Shown: one piece after another, positions 24,226 to 36,564 of the stretch
How the letters are laid out: every line of letters begins with the position of its first letter
Numbering within the stretch: the stretch's first letter is position 1
Origin: Phoronis australis
Taxonomy: Eukaryota > Animalia > Phoronida
NCBI GenBank assembly: GCA_002633005.1
Contig: NMRA01000050.1
Location: forward strand, 323,679 to 387,678
Reading direction: 5' to 3'
Length of the DNA: 64,000 bases
Program-made: the position numbers and the translations under genes
Notes under the pieces: generated by a model
What the model was told of the DNA's origin: nothing
Database searches by the model: none
What the model saw: only the letters and a program-made list of their open reading frames with translations

Positions 24226-25682
24226 GTGCTGATGTCTGCAGAGACCCACACAAAGTTCTATTCCACGGTTTTAACAAAAACTATAGTTTTGGTGACTGTA
24301 GACAGGATAGATCCTGTAATACCTACAAAATGTATGATGTATATATTTTACCTATACCTGCAGTACGTTTCCTCGTCTGTCAAGAGACTACTGGGATTTT
24401 CAGTTTATAGTGTGGTTGAAGTTGCAACTGGCTTCTAAATATCAGCCTTCTATCCACCTGTTGTTTAGTTATGTGGAACAGCAGGGCATAATTGAAATTA
24501 TGAATCTGTTGGCCTATTACTGGCACAAGGTCTTCTAACTGTAAGTTGTAATTTATGTTGACCTTGTATTGTGATAGTCATTTATTATGATTAAATATTC
24601 ATACACATGCTCATACTATAGTTGAATTGTGGTTGTTTTCATAGCTGCAGACACAGACATAAATAACCACTGATGAACTGTGCAACCGTTGCACGTTTTA
24701 GTTTGTGGATGAACGCATATTTGGGCCTTTTCACTTCTGGCTGTCTGTAGTGAATTATGCTGCGACAGTTCGTGGGCAGCTGTATGCGGGGGTTTAGTCA
24801 GGCCTTCAACAAAATCGAGCGAATTCCTTGCGACTTTGGCGAGTTAACGTAAGACCCATCCGATTGTGAAAGGGTCAAGTTTCGCGACATGGTTGCCACC
24901 TTCCCAGTTTACGCGCCACTCACAAAATGGACTCCTCGGTGATTGGTCAACTTTTCTCATCACAATTAAAGACTCCGGCGTTGCCGATCGCACCCCATAA
25001 CATGAGCAAATCAATGAAGTTCTGAGCTATAGTGGTCGTCAGGCTGTTCAGAAGATAAGTCTTGTAGTTTCATTCACAAATGCGGATACTACAGACAGTT
25101 TTAACTGTCTCCGCATTTGTGAATGAAACTGACACGTTAAAACGTGACCTTGGTTCAGCCTGTATTGCTGAAAATTTCCATAGTACATTCCGAGTTATCG
25201 TGGCAAAAGGCTGTTAGAATCATTTTAGTTTGCGTATTAATTTGTAATGAGGTCACATGACCAGGTGTAAGCAGTAGCTACTATGAACATTTTGAAACCC
25301 GTGCGTGTAGTATTTTTAAGAGATGTTATTTATATCTTGTGAAGTGTGACAAGTGACAAAAATTCAGATTCGGGTGGAATCTGTTAAACGATTATAATTT
25401 TGTGAAAATTACAAAACTCTATTAAAGTGACTTAATATATTTTATTATCAGGTAAAATGGGGGGCACAGGTTAGACTTATGAATGGTTCAGTTACAAGGA
25501 GCTAAATCTGTCACTGGTGTGGCAGCACAGGTTAGACTCGTTCGAAAACGTGCATGCGAATAATATTAGATTTTGACCAAATTAGAAGTTGTGGAAAACA
25601 AAAACGGGGCTAGACAGCGTGTAGAAAACGTTTCGATATTAATCAAGTCATCCTCAGGTACAGTAGTAGATGGATAACGAAA

Positions 25683-25909
25683 TATAGTAACAGCCAGAAT
25701 GTTAGACAAAGTATAGTAACAGCCAGAATGTTAGACAAAGTATAGTAACAGCCAGAATGTTAGACAAAGTATAGTAACAGCCAGAATGTTAGACAAAGTA
25801 TAGTAACAGCCAGAATGTTAGACAAAGTATAGTAACAGCCAGAATGTTAGACAAAGTATAGTAACAGCCAGAATGTTAGACAAAGTATAGTAACAGCCAG
25901 AATGTTAGA
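25683..25909. repeat. 29-bp perfect minisatellite (tatagtaacagccagaatgttagacaaag) x about 8
   Basis: Units start at 25683, 25712, 25741 and so on; identical, with no spacers. Confidence 0.95.
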
Positions 25910-26270
25910 TTTCTGTTGAAACGTCGTTCTCAATCGTTTCCTCGATGGAAACGTTTCAGCCAAATTTCATGAAATTTCAGCGCAGAAATCTAGTTATAGA
26001 AACTGCTACAAGAGGGCCACTAGTTGCCGAAGTATCTAAAAATTGACGTCAACTGATTTAATCACCATAGAAACTTATATTGCTGTATCTATTCATGAAA
26101 ACGAAAACTGGTCTCCGTGGCCACATCATATTGGCGTTTTTTGATCGGCAAATTCGAGAATAAGACGCACTGACGGCCTTCAATCAATAATGTATTCATA
26201 ATTCGCGAACTGGCTCAAAGGTTCGACGTCCAGCGACGATCACTGAGAAGTTCAGAGCTGCAACGTGGCG

Positions 26271-26291
26271 TTAGTTTCGCTTCTTCGTCCT
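26271..26291 (-). CDS. bre-4: GT7 probable terminal coding exon RTKKRN*
   Basis: Strong acceptor atatttctttttccag, phase 0, in frame with exon 6. Short, so support is splice signal only. Confidence 0.5.
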   Translation of the reverse strand, partial: RTKKRN

Positions 26292-27902
26292 CTGGAAAAA
26301 GAAATATACACTATAGTTTCCAATACCACGGTATTGCTTGTAGTAGTAGTGATTTGTGGACCATTTGAGTCCTCAAAGTATTTAAGTAGGCATAGATACA
26401 GACATGAACGTGCAGGTGATAATTACGTCAACATCCCAAAATAATTAAGTTAGGATCTCGAGATCCTGAGAAAATTAAAAAAGGAACGCGCGATGTCATC
26501 TTTGGCACCCCGTAGTTTAGAGTATTAGGCTAGATTGTAAAAATATCAACGAAATTTGTTGCTCAACATTTTACAGTGATAATAGTCCTAAATCTTGGTC
26601 GTTTAGACTAATAGTCCAATCTTAAGCCGTAGCAGCTTAACTTTCGGTCTTAGCTTAAAGAGACTGATTCCGGGTCCTAATTTTTGTATGAAGAAATATC
26701 ATGAAACGGTACTAAGACGTTATGGCATCGACCTGATTTGGGTCACAAAGACAAAGTTTCATGAAACGTGACCCTGATCGTGGAGAAGGGGAAGAGAAAC
26801 TGGCATGCCACCTTTAAGTGATGCCGCGCACTCTTGTGCCGATTTTCTAAGAAAGCCCGGCCAAGGGTTTTGAGATACCCGACATCTGGACAACAGGACT
26901 GACTGACAATAACAGACCTCATTCATACTCTCTTTTTATCTTAATCTATTTTGCCCGGGGTACGCCACGAGCTATGTTGCAGAGTAAAACAAGATGAGGA
27001 TTGCGAATAATGTCATTTATTATGATGCAAATAGAAAGAACTAAACAGGACTCTGCAAGATGGGCATGGAAAAAAAGCCACCGGCGTGTACAATGTGTAG
27101 CCCAGAAAGATGGAACCAAAACAAAATTGCCTGAAGGGCCTAACGAAAACGTGCAGAACATAGACACAAACCTAGAAAATACATAACGGGTAATGTATAT
27201 GCCGAGAAAAAGAAAAAAGGTGACCAGATACCCAGGATGGGGGTGAGAAAAAATGAAGAGAACGAACGTAGGTCTTGTAGACGACGAGTTAGGTGACTGA
27301 ATGAGCTAGACCACGTTGAACTGAACAAAGGAAATATGGTTGACCAATCAGGTGTCGAGTAGAGAAATGAATGAATACAAAAGCAGACCCTTGAAGCTAT
27401 CAAACTTGATGAGTAATGAAAAATAGACCCTAAGGCTTGATATCAAAATAAAGTGATAAATATCAAAATAAAGGCGATAAATGCATTTAACAAGTTAAAT
27501 TTAATTTGTGTGCTCGTGTGTCGTGCGCGCGTAAAACATTCAAATCTGGGATGCTGGTTTCGGTAATGATATGAAAGGAAACGCGAAGACAAGTCGGAAA
27601 TGATTAGGCAATTTTTTCTTGTTCCTCAATTACACTATCAAGCCACTTCGTTCTATTCAGGTGAACCATTAACACTAAATCAGAACACGAAGTGTTCTTA
27701 CACAGTGTGTTTTGAATAATGAAGACACGAGATGCGTTAGATACCGTGGTGTGTTCCTTTTGCGGAAACAAAAAAAAGAAAATGGGTTATGTTTTGCTGA
27801 TCCAAGCAACAGGAAAACGACATTCGAGTAAGCAGACAAGGACTATCTCTTCCATACAAATTAAGTACTTGGGTAAAACATGCAACATGTTGAAAAATAT
27901 AC

Positions 27903-28041
27903 CTGCTCAACAAGAGTTTGGTTGATCATCACATTGACCCAAGTGTAAAGCGGCCTGAGTTCCAAGTCGAGCTTTTCGTATACCAAGGAGTTCAGTCCGT
28001 CCGTTGAGTATCTTTTAGATCCCGTGTTTATCAAGGTTACC
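27903..28041 (-). CDS. bre-4: GT7 exon 6
   Basis: VTLINTGSKRYSTDGLNSLVYEKLDLELRPLYTWVNVMINQTLVEQ (DGLNSL and LYT motifs). Donor CAG|gtatat; if unspliced, reads on to TAA at 27861. Confidence 0.9.
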
Positions 28042-28365
28042 CTAAAATAATTGAATTATGTTATTATTTTACTGCATTTTGTGGAGGCAAAGAATTATAT
28101 TACTAGCGAAGCACGTGATCAAACGAGCATTACTCACGAAATTCCTGCGTCAAAGGAACTCAGCATTAAGTAAGGTGCACCAATTCTCACAACTTACCGT
28201 ATGGGCAACAGATGGAGCTACGTGCACGAACGCAGATAACGTTCATGTTCCTGGGGAAATTTGTAAGTGCAAAAACGCATAGGCAGCATTCAACAGACGA
28301 GAGAACTTCGCGAAAACGCAATACTTCAGGAAATATCGCCATGAATTGCAAGCGGAGCAGCTTTA

Positions 28366-28645
28366 CATGCGCGCACCCTGCTTTTAATATGAGGGGGCTC
28401 GAATCTCTGACGAAGTGCACCTTTTGCTAACAAAAAAGCGGGAGGACTAAAGAAAAAACGGGGTACCACCTTCAGGTCTGTGGACTGTGCGTCGTCGCCT
28501 TTTTAGTGAACTTACGTCTCGTTTTTTTGGACTTTTTGTTTCTCTGAGGTGGACCTTTTTACCCACTTCGCCAAATGGGGGGCTCGTTCGAGCACCCCAA
28601 GCCCTCCCCCCACGCACCCACCCACCCACCTTGGGTGTGCGCATG
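28366..28645. mobile_element. MITE with CATGCGCGCACCC TIRs and 5-bp TSD CTTTA
   Basis: cttta|catgcgcgcaccc ... gggtgtgcgcatg|cttta. A same-family copy lies at 55623-55876. Confidence 0.8.
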
Positions 28646-28762
28646 CTTTACTCAGGAGATTACGTCTACGAACGCAGACCCCGATTAAAGAAAGGCTTCG
28701 CTGAAATAACCGAACTAGGTCTAACGGCACGTGCTAATTTAAACCGAGAGTTGGAGCGCATG

Positions 28763-28840
28763 AAGTCAGCCCCAACACGAATTCGAACTCACGACCTCGT
28801 CGGTAGCAGTCCGTCGCTTTGACAGATGACCTAAAAGCCA
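28763..28840 (-). mobile_element. tRNA-derived SINE head (degenerate)
   Basis: Minus strand reads taggtcatctgtcaaagcgacggactgctaccgacgaggtcgtgaGTTCGAAttc, a B-box with tRNA-like spacing. No intact cloverleaf. Confidence 0.45.
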
Positions 28841-30077
28841 TAAAGAGTCAATGTAATTTGTAACAGTAGCCTATTTTAAAGTGACTTTAGTGTTTTTGAG
28901 ATTTAAAGGCGAAGGAAACCGTCTAAGTGTCATTTTTATGTGAATTAATTCCTCTCGTGCTCTAGGTAATTACACATTCGTCACCGCCCACGTGACGTCC
29001 GTGGTTTGAATCAATTCCCCAACACCTTTGTACGAAAATTCATTGTGGACATCAGTTGATTGTATCGTTTTCCAAAAGATTGTCTTCGACGAGTATTCTC
29101 GATACATCCTAGATTGAACAAGAACAAAGCTGATCGGGATTTAGCCGTTGTTTGATCTGCAGTGGACGGGAAGTGAATGGAGTTGATGGCCACAAAAGTA
29201 GGACTCACGTAATTAACCTGTGCTCGTAGCTGGCCTTCAACGTTATAGTGAAGGCGCACATGCACGGCTGACACAGACTTCGTGGTCTTGAGTAACTACA
29301 GTGGCTGCTTCTCGCGAGACTTCGCTTTTCAAAAAATCGGCTCCACTAGCAGGGAAATGCGTGGCATTCTTCTTAGGGACATTTTTACTGGATGCTTTCA
29401 TAAGCTTTGCGGACATGTCCCTTTCGTAATCCAACGGTAAAAATGACAGTTTTGTACTGCTTTAGCCTTGGTGCGAACGAGTCAAGTAAACTCCGACGGA
29501 TAAGACTAAGAGAAAGACTTTAATTTTATTAATAAAGTCTAACTTCTCACAAGCTGACGTACACACTGACGCACTCGTTGTCCAAGACAGTCCAAAATGA
29601 ATGCCACTAATCAAAGATGTTTGGTAATGATTCGGGCCGCGAACCTCACCTCGTAAGCGGCGCATGCTGCACTACATAATTAATTCGAGCCCGGAGAAAT
29701 TTAATTAAGTTGATAAAACATTATCTTGAATAACTAGAGGATCGTTCCTTAACCAGAAATGACCAATGTTTCCACTATTTGTGAGCAACGTATGCATGTG
29801 AAAGAAAAACGCTGACCAATGCCAAGTATGAAAGTCCCGGGTTCAACACAAACGTGAGTCTTCCTCAACAACGTTCCAAATATTGGACTTTATCCAAATA
29901 CTCTGTTATTGTTTTTATAAGTGCAGCATTCAAATTTTATCGAAAACCAGCACATAAGCTGTCAGTTCCAGAAGGTAGAACACATGTTTCGAATCACACC
30001 TGCTATACTAAATAGACTGGTAAGGCACATATTCTCGGATACTTCCAATTTAATCTACTTCACCTGTCTTTTCTTAC

Positions 30078-30179
30078 CTGGCGGGATTGGCCTCGTTGCC
30101 CTTTTCCCGTTGATGCTTCACCATCTTATATCGAGCAATCGTCAAAGGGTATCTGGCAATGTTGTAATACTTCCGCACA
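30078..30179 (-). CDS. bre-4: GT7 exon 5 (flexible loop, KMxxH metal ligands)
   Basis: VRKYYNIARYPLTIARYKMVKHQREKGNEANPAR. ttttcag / AG|gtaag boundaries. Confidence 0.93.
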
Positions 30180-30440
30180 CTGAAAAAGCCCCACCGAGTC
30201 AAACACTGGTTTTCGTAAGTTTTACTGTTTGGTTACTTTGGCGCAGAGAGTGCAGCAATAATTAAGGTGCAGCAATAATTAAGAGAGAATGGTTATCCAA
30301 ATAAGGGAACAGTAGGCCTACTCGAGTCAGTGAATCGATACATGTAGCTCTAGGTCACTGAATTTGACGAACAATGGCGTGTAAGACGCTCGGGTCTGTT
30401 TTCGCAATGAGTAACAAGAGCAACGCAAACGGTTGATAAG

Positions 30441-31376
30441 CATAGGCGGATTTAGGGGGGGGGCCCAGGGGGCCCGGGCCCCCCCCCCNNNNNNNNNNNN
30501 NNNNNNNNNNNNNNNNNNNNNNNNNNNNNNNNNNNNNNNNNNNNNNNNNNNNNNNNNNNNNNNNNNNNNNNNNNNNNNNNNNNNNNNNNNNNNNNNNNNN
30601 NNNNNNNNNNNNNNNNNNNNNNNNNNNNNNNNNNNNNNNNNNNNNNNNNNNNNNNNNNNNNNNNNNNNNNNNNNNNNNNNNNNNNNNNNNNNNNNNNNNN
30701 NNNNNNNNNNNNNNNNNNNNNNNNNNNNNNNNNNNNNNNNNNNNNNNNNNNNNNNNNNNNNNNNNNNNNNNNNNNNNNNNNNNNNNNNNNNNNNNNNNNN
30801 NNNNNNNNNNNNNNNNNNNNNNNNNNNNNNNNNNNNNNNNNNNNNNNNNNNNNNNNNNNNNNNNNNNNNNNNNNNNNNNNNNNNNNNNNNNNNNNNNNNN
30901 NNNNNNNNNNNNNNNNNNNNNNNNNNNNNNNNNNNNNNNNNNNNNNNNNNNNNNNNNNNNNNNNNNNNNNNNNNNNNNNNNNNNNNNNNNNNNNNNNNNN
31001 NNNNNNNNNNNNNNNNNNNNNNNNNNNNNNNNNNNNNNNNNNNNNNNNNNNNNNNNNNNNNNNNNNNNNNNNNNNNNNNNNNNNNNNNNNNNNNNNNNNN
31101 NNNNNNNNNNNNNNNNNNNNNNNNNNNNNNNNNNNNNNNNNNNNNNNNNNNNNNNNNNNNNNNNNNNNNNNNNNNNNNNNNNNNNNNNNNNNNNNNNNNN
31201 NNNNNNNNNNNNNNNNNNNNNNNNNNNNNNNNNNNNNNNNNNNNNNNNNNNNNNNNNNNNNNNNTCCCCCCATTCGGTGCTATGCGCATCTACAATCGTG
31301 GTTCAGTTTGCGCAAATGCTTCCAGCCGGACAAAATGTTGGGCCCCCCCCCTTGTGATATCCTAGATCCGCCACTG
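30441..31376. mobile_element. GC-rich TIR MITE spanning the assembly gap, 6-bp TSD GATAAG
   Basis: gataag|cataggcggatttaggggggg ... cctagatccgccactg|gataag. Confidence 0.8.
30489..31264. other. Assembly gap (N run)
   Basis: Ns flanked by poly-C. Confidence 0.99.
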
Positions 31377-32890
31377 GATAAGTACCCACAATGCACCGTT
31401 GCGAACGGTGTGTTTCTAGGAATACATATCGGCATCACGCAAGGTACAAGGAGACAGCAATTTGACCACAAATTATAGCTGAAATAGTCATAATTGACAC
31501 CAAATGCTTGTACACCACCTTTACAAACTAACATCAAATTAAACCAAAAAGATCGAGGAGTGAACAGTTTTCAACATTTTCAGCGTAGAAGAAAGTCACA
31601 AATGGACACAGCACAATGCGCATCCAAAATCAGCAGGTATGGTCTATTTATTTTCCTAAATAACAACCATACGCTTTGGCACATACAAAGATAGACATAA
31701 TTTGACAAAACGTGGGCACAGTACTTAGTGTTGGCATTGACTCCAAACTTGTAGCTGCCATCATCTCCAAAACGGAAAGGGTTCCAGTGGCTGAAACAAT
31801 CGCTCAAGCTGCCTGGCGAAAATCCAAATCTACAGTTACAGACGTAGTGCAGCCAAACATATCTGTGTCACCAATGGGTTCTTTAGATACCATCTGGAAA
31901 CACTCTACCCCCTTCCCCTCCACACACGAATACTGTTGTTGAAACCAATATGGCCACAAAGGAGTGCTGCAGTAAACAAATCTGTCTGAAAATCGACTGG
32001 TGTCGGAAGAACTGCAGTCAAATACCATAGCTTTTAAAAGTTTCTATGAAATCAGTCTATCGGTTCTTTAGTAGATGATATCTAAATATAGTTTCACTCA
32101 ATGAAAACTGAAAAGGCAGCTTGTAGAGACTATAATGGCTACTAGGGGTGACGCAGTGGTCAAATCTACCCGAAAGTCGACATATGCCGGACCATAGCTG
32201 TCACGTGTTAAATTTCATTGAAATCTGACAAGTGGTTTTCTAGATACCAGCAGTATGTACGCAGATACCTTTAAAATAGCATTTTCCTAAAAGCATTATC
32301 TGCGCATGCGTAAAATAAACAAGTGGTCGAAATACTGATCCCACAACACGTACATAGCATTTTTGTTGTAAACAAAGATAAGCTTTTGGAAAAACGCTTA
32401 AGTTGTCAGAGCCAAATGATAATCTCGCCACAATGCTTGAAAAGCTAGCCCTTAAAAAGAAGAGGTTGGTGAAGGAAATTTGACAGGTCAATTTGCTTTT
32501 TCATGTTTTGTCTTGGAAGGGTAATGTAGCTTTGGACAAATTTGGCTTTGCGGTTGCTCCGGTAATGAGTCGATCTGGAATAAGTGTGAGGCGGCGCTTC
32601 TCCCCAATGATAAGGGTTCACATTTTTGCGAGGCGTACTTAGTGTTCCTGAATTTGGACTCACACTTGTGTCCATAGGCTAAATGGAGATTTTATTCACA
32701 GTGTCGAGTATCCATAGAGGTATAGGCTTTATTTCTGGCTACTGCCCTAGTAAATTTGGGCAAATTTACAGTCCGAAATTAGTATACCATATTACTAGGT
32801 CACTCGGTATTGTTCTTCAATTTTCAAATCATCTATAGTATTGTACAAAACGTATTGCATAAATAAAAGACACAGCTGACGCAAACCCAC

Positions 32891-33013
32891 CGGCGTGACA
32901 TGTCGTCGTCTTCACCGCCCCAGCCAAAGAACACATTGGAGAAGCCGTTGATTCTCCTAAACTGACTTACATTCAAGGCGGAAACGCCTCCAAAAATACC
33001 TTTGTACGGAAGT
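32891..33013 (-). CDS. bre-4: GT7 exon 4 with GWGGEDDD catalytic motif
   Basis: LPYKGIFGGVSALNVSQFRRINGFSNVFFGWGGEDDDMSRR. tttcag / CG|gtggg boundaries, phase 2-2. Confidence 0.95.
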
Positions 33014-34400
33014 CTGAAACAAAAACGTCAACATTTATTTGTGTGGTAGTGTTATAATATATATTGTACAAGTGGTCGACATGTAATGATTCACCCCTAT
33101 AGGCTACTACCTGCACGTTTACTGTAGTAGTGACTGTAAATAATAAACAATTGTGAACATAGTCTGTAATTATGTTGCAGGTGTCAGTGTTTACCGATTG
33201 TTGCCGGGACATTCACATGTAAATGAACTATTGTGTTGGCCGGGTGATTCGGCAGTCGAGAGCCACCCGTGACAAGGTGTATACGTGTCTAGAAGTTGTT
33301 TAGAGGCAGTGGAACATTTGTGCCAACAGTGAAGACTTGTAACATTCAGCGGACAAAGTGGGGACCGCAAGATGATGGTGTTCAAAGTCAGATGCTGAAA
33401 GGAAGGCACTGACCACAACTGGACTATACACGAACTGTGTTAAGTGATAAGCTGGACTCAGTAATGTTAGTTTGGGTGCCACATGGAAAATGGTCGACCC
33501 ATTTATGATACACACATGTAGTGTTTGTGTGTAAACGTTTAATGTTGGAAGCTTCATTAAACATTGTTTCTTTTAAACTTGTTTTTTTCTACTGAATTGT
33601 ATGATTGAAATCACGTCGTGACAATGGGCGCGCTATTATAGGGGTAGATATTATATTTCGCGTGCCTGTGGAATAGTACAGTTCTACACATTCAAAAATA
33701 ATGCTAGAGATCATGCGCGCCAAATAAAATGACCCGCCAACTTATGGAGTCTGTTCTCAGGCAATAACGAAATCACCTTTAAAAAATTACTAAGGCACAA
33801 CTTGACACCAATTTCGTAACCGCAAGTGGTCTAAACAGGAGTTAGTTCAGGCGACGGAAGGCGGGTTTGTAACAGTGGCCATTAAAAATCGTCTCGTCAG
33901 AGAACAAATTTCTTTCTACAATATTCTGTTAATAGCTAGCTCCAATATGACGACAAACATCACCACAGTGGCCGCTTCTACATGGCTGCTACCACCATTA
34001 TCGCCGCTATCATCATCATTAATAACAGCTAGCTATGCCTGAGACTTACTGACGAAACTAATGAAAATAAAGAGATCCGCCTCAGGTTCTCTGACTAGAC
34101 TGGCATCTAGTAAGTAACATATATTTTTTCTAAATAAAAGAATGACAACCACGGGGATGACGAACAGACTACTCAGTTTCGGAGAACGAAAAATTATAGC
34201 GTAATGCTACTAGAAACTCGACAAGATCAAGAAATGTACAAATTTAATATACATGAATATATATAGACATGCATATACATATACATATACATGTACATAT
34301 ACATATACATTATGTATGTATTTGTTAGTTTCTTGCAGATTTTCCGCAGTCCTGCAAGGGAAAGTTAACGTTTCTCTCCCTGCTGTCATAGCAAACTTAC

Positions 34401-34588
34401 CTATATTTAAACTTGTCTATAGCTACGCTCATGTGTCTAGGCTGCTGTGGGCAGGAATAAATATTTCGGTCATCTTCGGGAATAAGATCAACATCGTGGA
34501 AAATAAAACACTGGTAATCGTACAGCTTGATTCCCTCAGCGAAGCCAATATTCATCAACATTGCTCGGTTAAATTTTGTTGGAAGAGC
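34401..34588 (-). CDS. bre-4: GT7 exon 3 with DxD motif
   Basis: ALPTKFNRAMLMNIGFAEG..YQCFIFHDVDLIPEDDRNIYSCPQQPRHMSVAIDKFKYR. tttag / AG|gtaag boundaries. Confidence 0.93.
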
Positions 34589-35030
34589 CTAAAACAGAAT
34601 GCTCTGTACGTTGCAATGACAGTGATTTTACTGAATTCCTTCCTTGTTTTGATCATTCGTTAATCGAATACACATTACATCTTTTTGGTATAAGAATACA
34701 CAAGTTTAGAAATCAACGTTTTAGTCCCGTTCACTGGCATACCAGTAAAAAAATCAGAACCTCGATAGTACTTCGTTCTGATTGTTGAAATTGTAGCTTG
34801 GCGTGACTCACAGGAGACATCCTAGAGAGAGTTAGCTAGTGCTGTGTATGTGAATTTTAACAATTCAAATGTTCAAGTACCTTGTTCCTTTACCTAGATT
34901 ACCAAAACGAGATTGACGATTGACCACGTTACGAAGAACCGCGCTGACTTAGCACTTATTAAGTTTTGTTAACACAGAAGCGCCTTGATACGTACCATAG
35001 GTTAATAAATAGAATACAATAAATTCTTAC

Positions 35031-35266
35031 CTGATTTACAACAATAATAGAATAGTCTAGTTGTTGTTTTTGTAGAAACGGGTGCATGTTGTAGAGAAAT
35101 ATTCGCAGATGAAAATCTCTGTTGCGGAAAGGGATAACTATTGCCACCTTGTGCCTTGAGGTGCAGTTGAAGGGACGCCATCTCCCCCCAGCTTCTACAT
35201 CCGGGTATAGCTTTACGAGTTCCTCCATTGTTGGGGGATCGCGTATAGAAACGTTTATCGGACCAA
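35031..35266 (-). CDS. bre-4: GT7 exon 2
   Basis: VGPI...GGRWRPFNCTSRHKVAIVIPFRNRDFHLRIFLYNMHPFLQKQQLDYSIIVVNQ. ttcag / CAG|gtaag boundaries. Confidence 0.93.
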
Positions 35267-36368
35267 CTGAAAATGAAATGACAGGAGGATGGTTTACCTT
35301 CATGACTCAACCACGAGCCCTGCACTGAGTAAATTTCCGATAAAGTGCTCACTTGGTCTGCGTTCCTTACCGAGACACAATAATCTCGCTAGTAAAACTC
35401 GTGTGATCACAGGTTTTGATTGCAATGTCGATATCACCGTTGCGAATTCTTTCGTGATCTTACGTTTTTGCGAGGTTCTTGCGTTAACTGAGCTCAAGGA
35501 CATGACATAAGGTCCAAATGACCCTTTTTGGAAAACAGATCAGAACACAACTTCCACGTTACAAAATTTAATTACGGGAAGGTCCTTCGTGCGACGCACT
35601 GTATTTTCTTGAAATTTGAAAGTGTTCTTTATTTCGATGCATCAGTCTAACGAAATGCTGTTCTGTATGCAACTCTCCTTAGATGAACTTCCGTTGGGAT
35701 ATCGCTGTCTCAGTAGTAATGTCTCGATACACCGCGCTATGCACAGAAGCACTTTCGCCTCCAAGGTACATATGTATTTGGTTTACGTTGCAGGGAGAAT
35801 GCAACTGAAACATAGAGCAGTTTAAAATTCCGTAACGTATTTCTTCGGACAGCTGGAGGAGACCTTTACTGAGTATTGACAGTCTGTGTATAAATAACAG
35901 GAGCATTTGTTGTTATAGCAACAGAACTTGACCAAGACTGTGATTTGCCCAACATCAATATCGTAACGAAGCGACCAAAATGAGCGTCTTGAGCTCCGGC
36001 TGTACAGCGAATTAGAGTTGGCGTTTCCAGAAAAAGGGGACATGTACAAAACATCTGCTAGGTGAACGCGTGTGATCAAAGCACGTCACTATATGTGAGC
36101 ACTAGTGAGTAACTAAAAAAGTAATAAAATATCTCAAGTCGGTTAAAAGGCAGCTGAAACCCGAAATGAATTAAATTACTTCTACTAATAGCTGGATGTA
36201 CTACAAAAATTATAATAAAGCGCAACTAAAGCGTTACTGTACTCTTATACAATAAAAACGCGAACGCTTTCATCCATCGTTTGCAGTGAACAAGGACCTG
36301 CATGGATTTCTATCATTAATGTCTTACTGGAATGGTAACTGCAGCGGAAATGCTTCATTTCTACTTAC

Positions 36369-36564
36369 CTAGATTTGGGGGAGATTCCGGGCAAAGAGAC
36401 AACTCACGAATGGGTTTCGTCTGATTGTAGACTGCGATATTAAAAAAAGTTCCGTTCTTCAATGACGAATAGAGCAATGAAACGGGCATTGCGTATTGAA
36501 ACAGGAGCAAAACAGCTACCAATGCAGCCATAATTTTAATTGTCCTTGAGCGAAATAGCGCCAT
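36369..36564 (-). CDS. bre-4: beta-1,4-GalNAc/Gal-transferase (GT7) coding exon 1: cytoplasmic tail, type II TM anchor, stem
   Basis: MALFRSRTIKIMAALVAVLLLFQY...LCPESPPNL. Donor G|gtaagt. An acceptor at 36592-36593 implies an upstream non-coding exon. Confidence 0.88.

Noticed and set aside
25683-25909. CRISPR-like regular repeats (also 37176-37435 and 2951-3190)
   Set aside because: Head-to-tail units without unique spacers, no cas genes, eukaryotic context.
28763-28840. Possible tRNA gene
   Set aside because: B-box present but no intact acceptor or anticodon stems; better explained as a SINE head.
30327-31365. Long ORFs of 270-320 aa
   Set aside because: Artefacts of the N gap (poly-X).
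31580-32675. Short ORFs inside GT7 intron 4 as possible extra exons
   Set aside because: The GT7 catalytic domain is complete without them and they show no family similarity.
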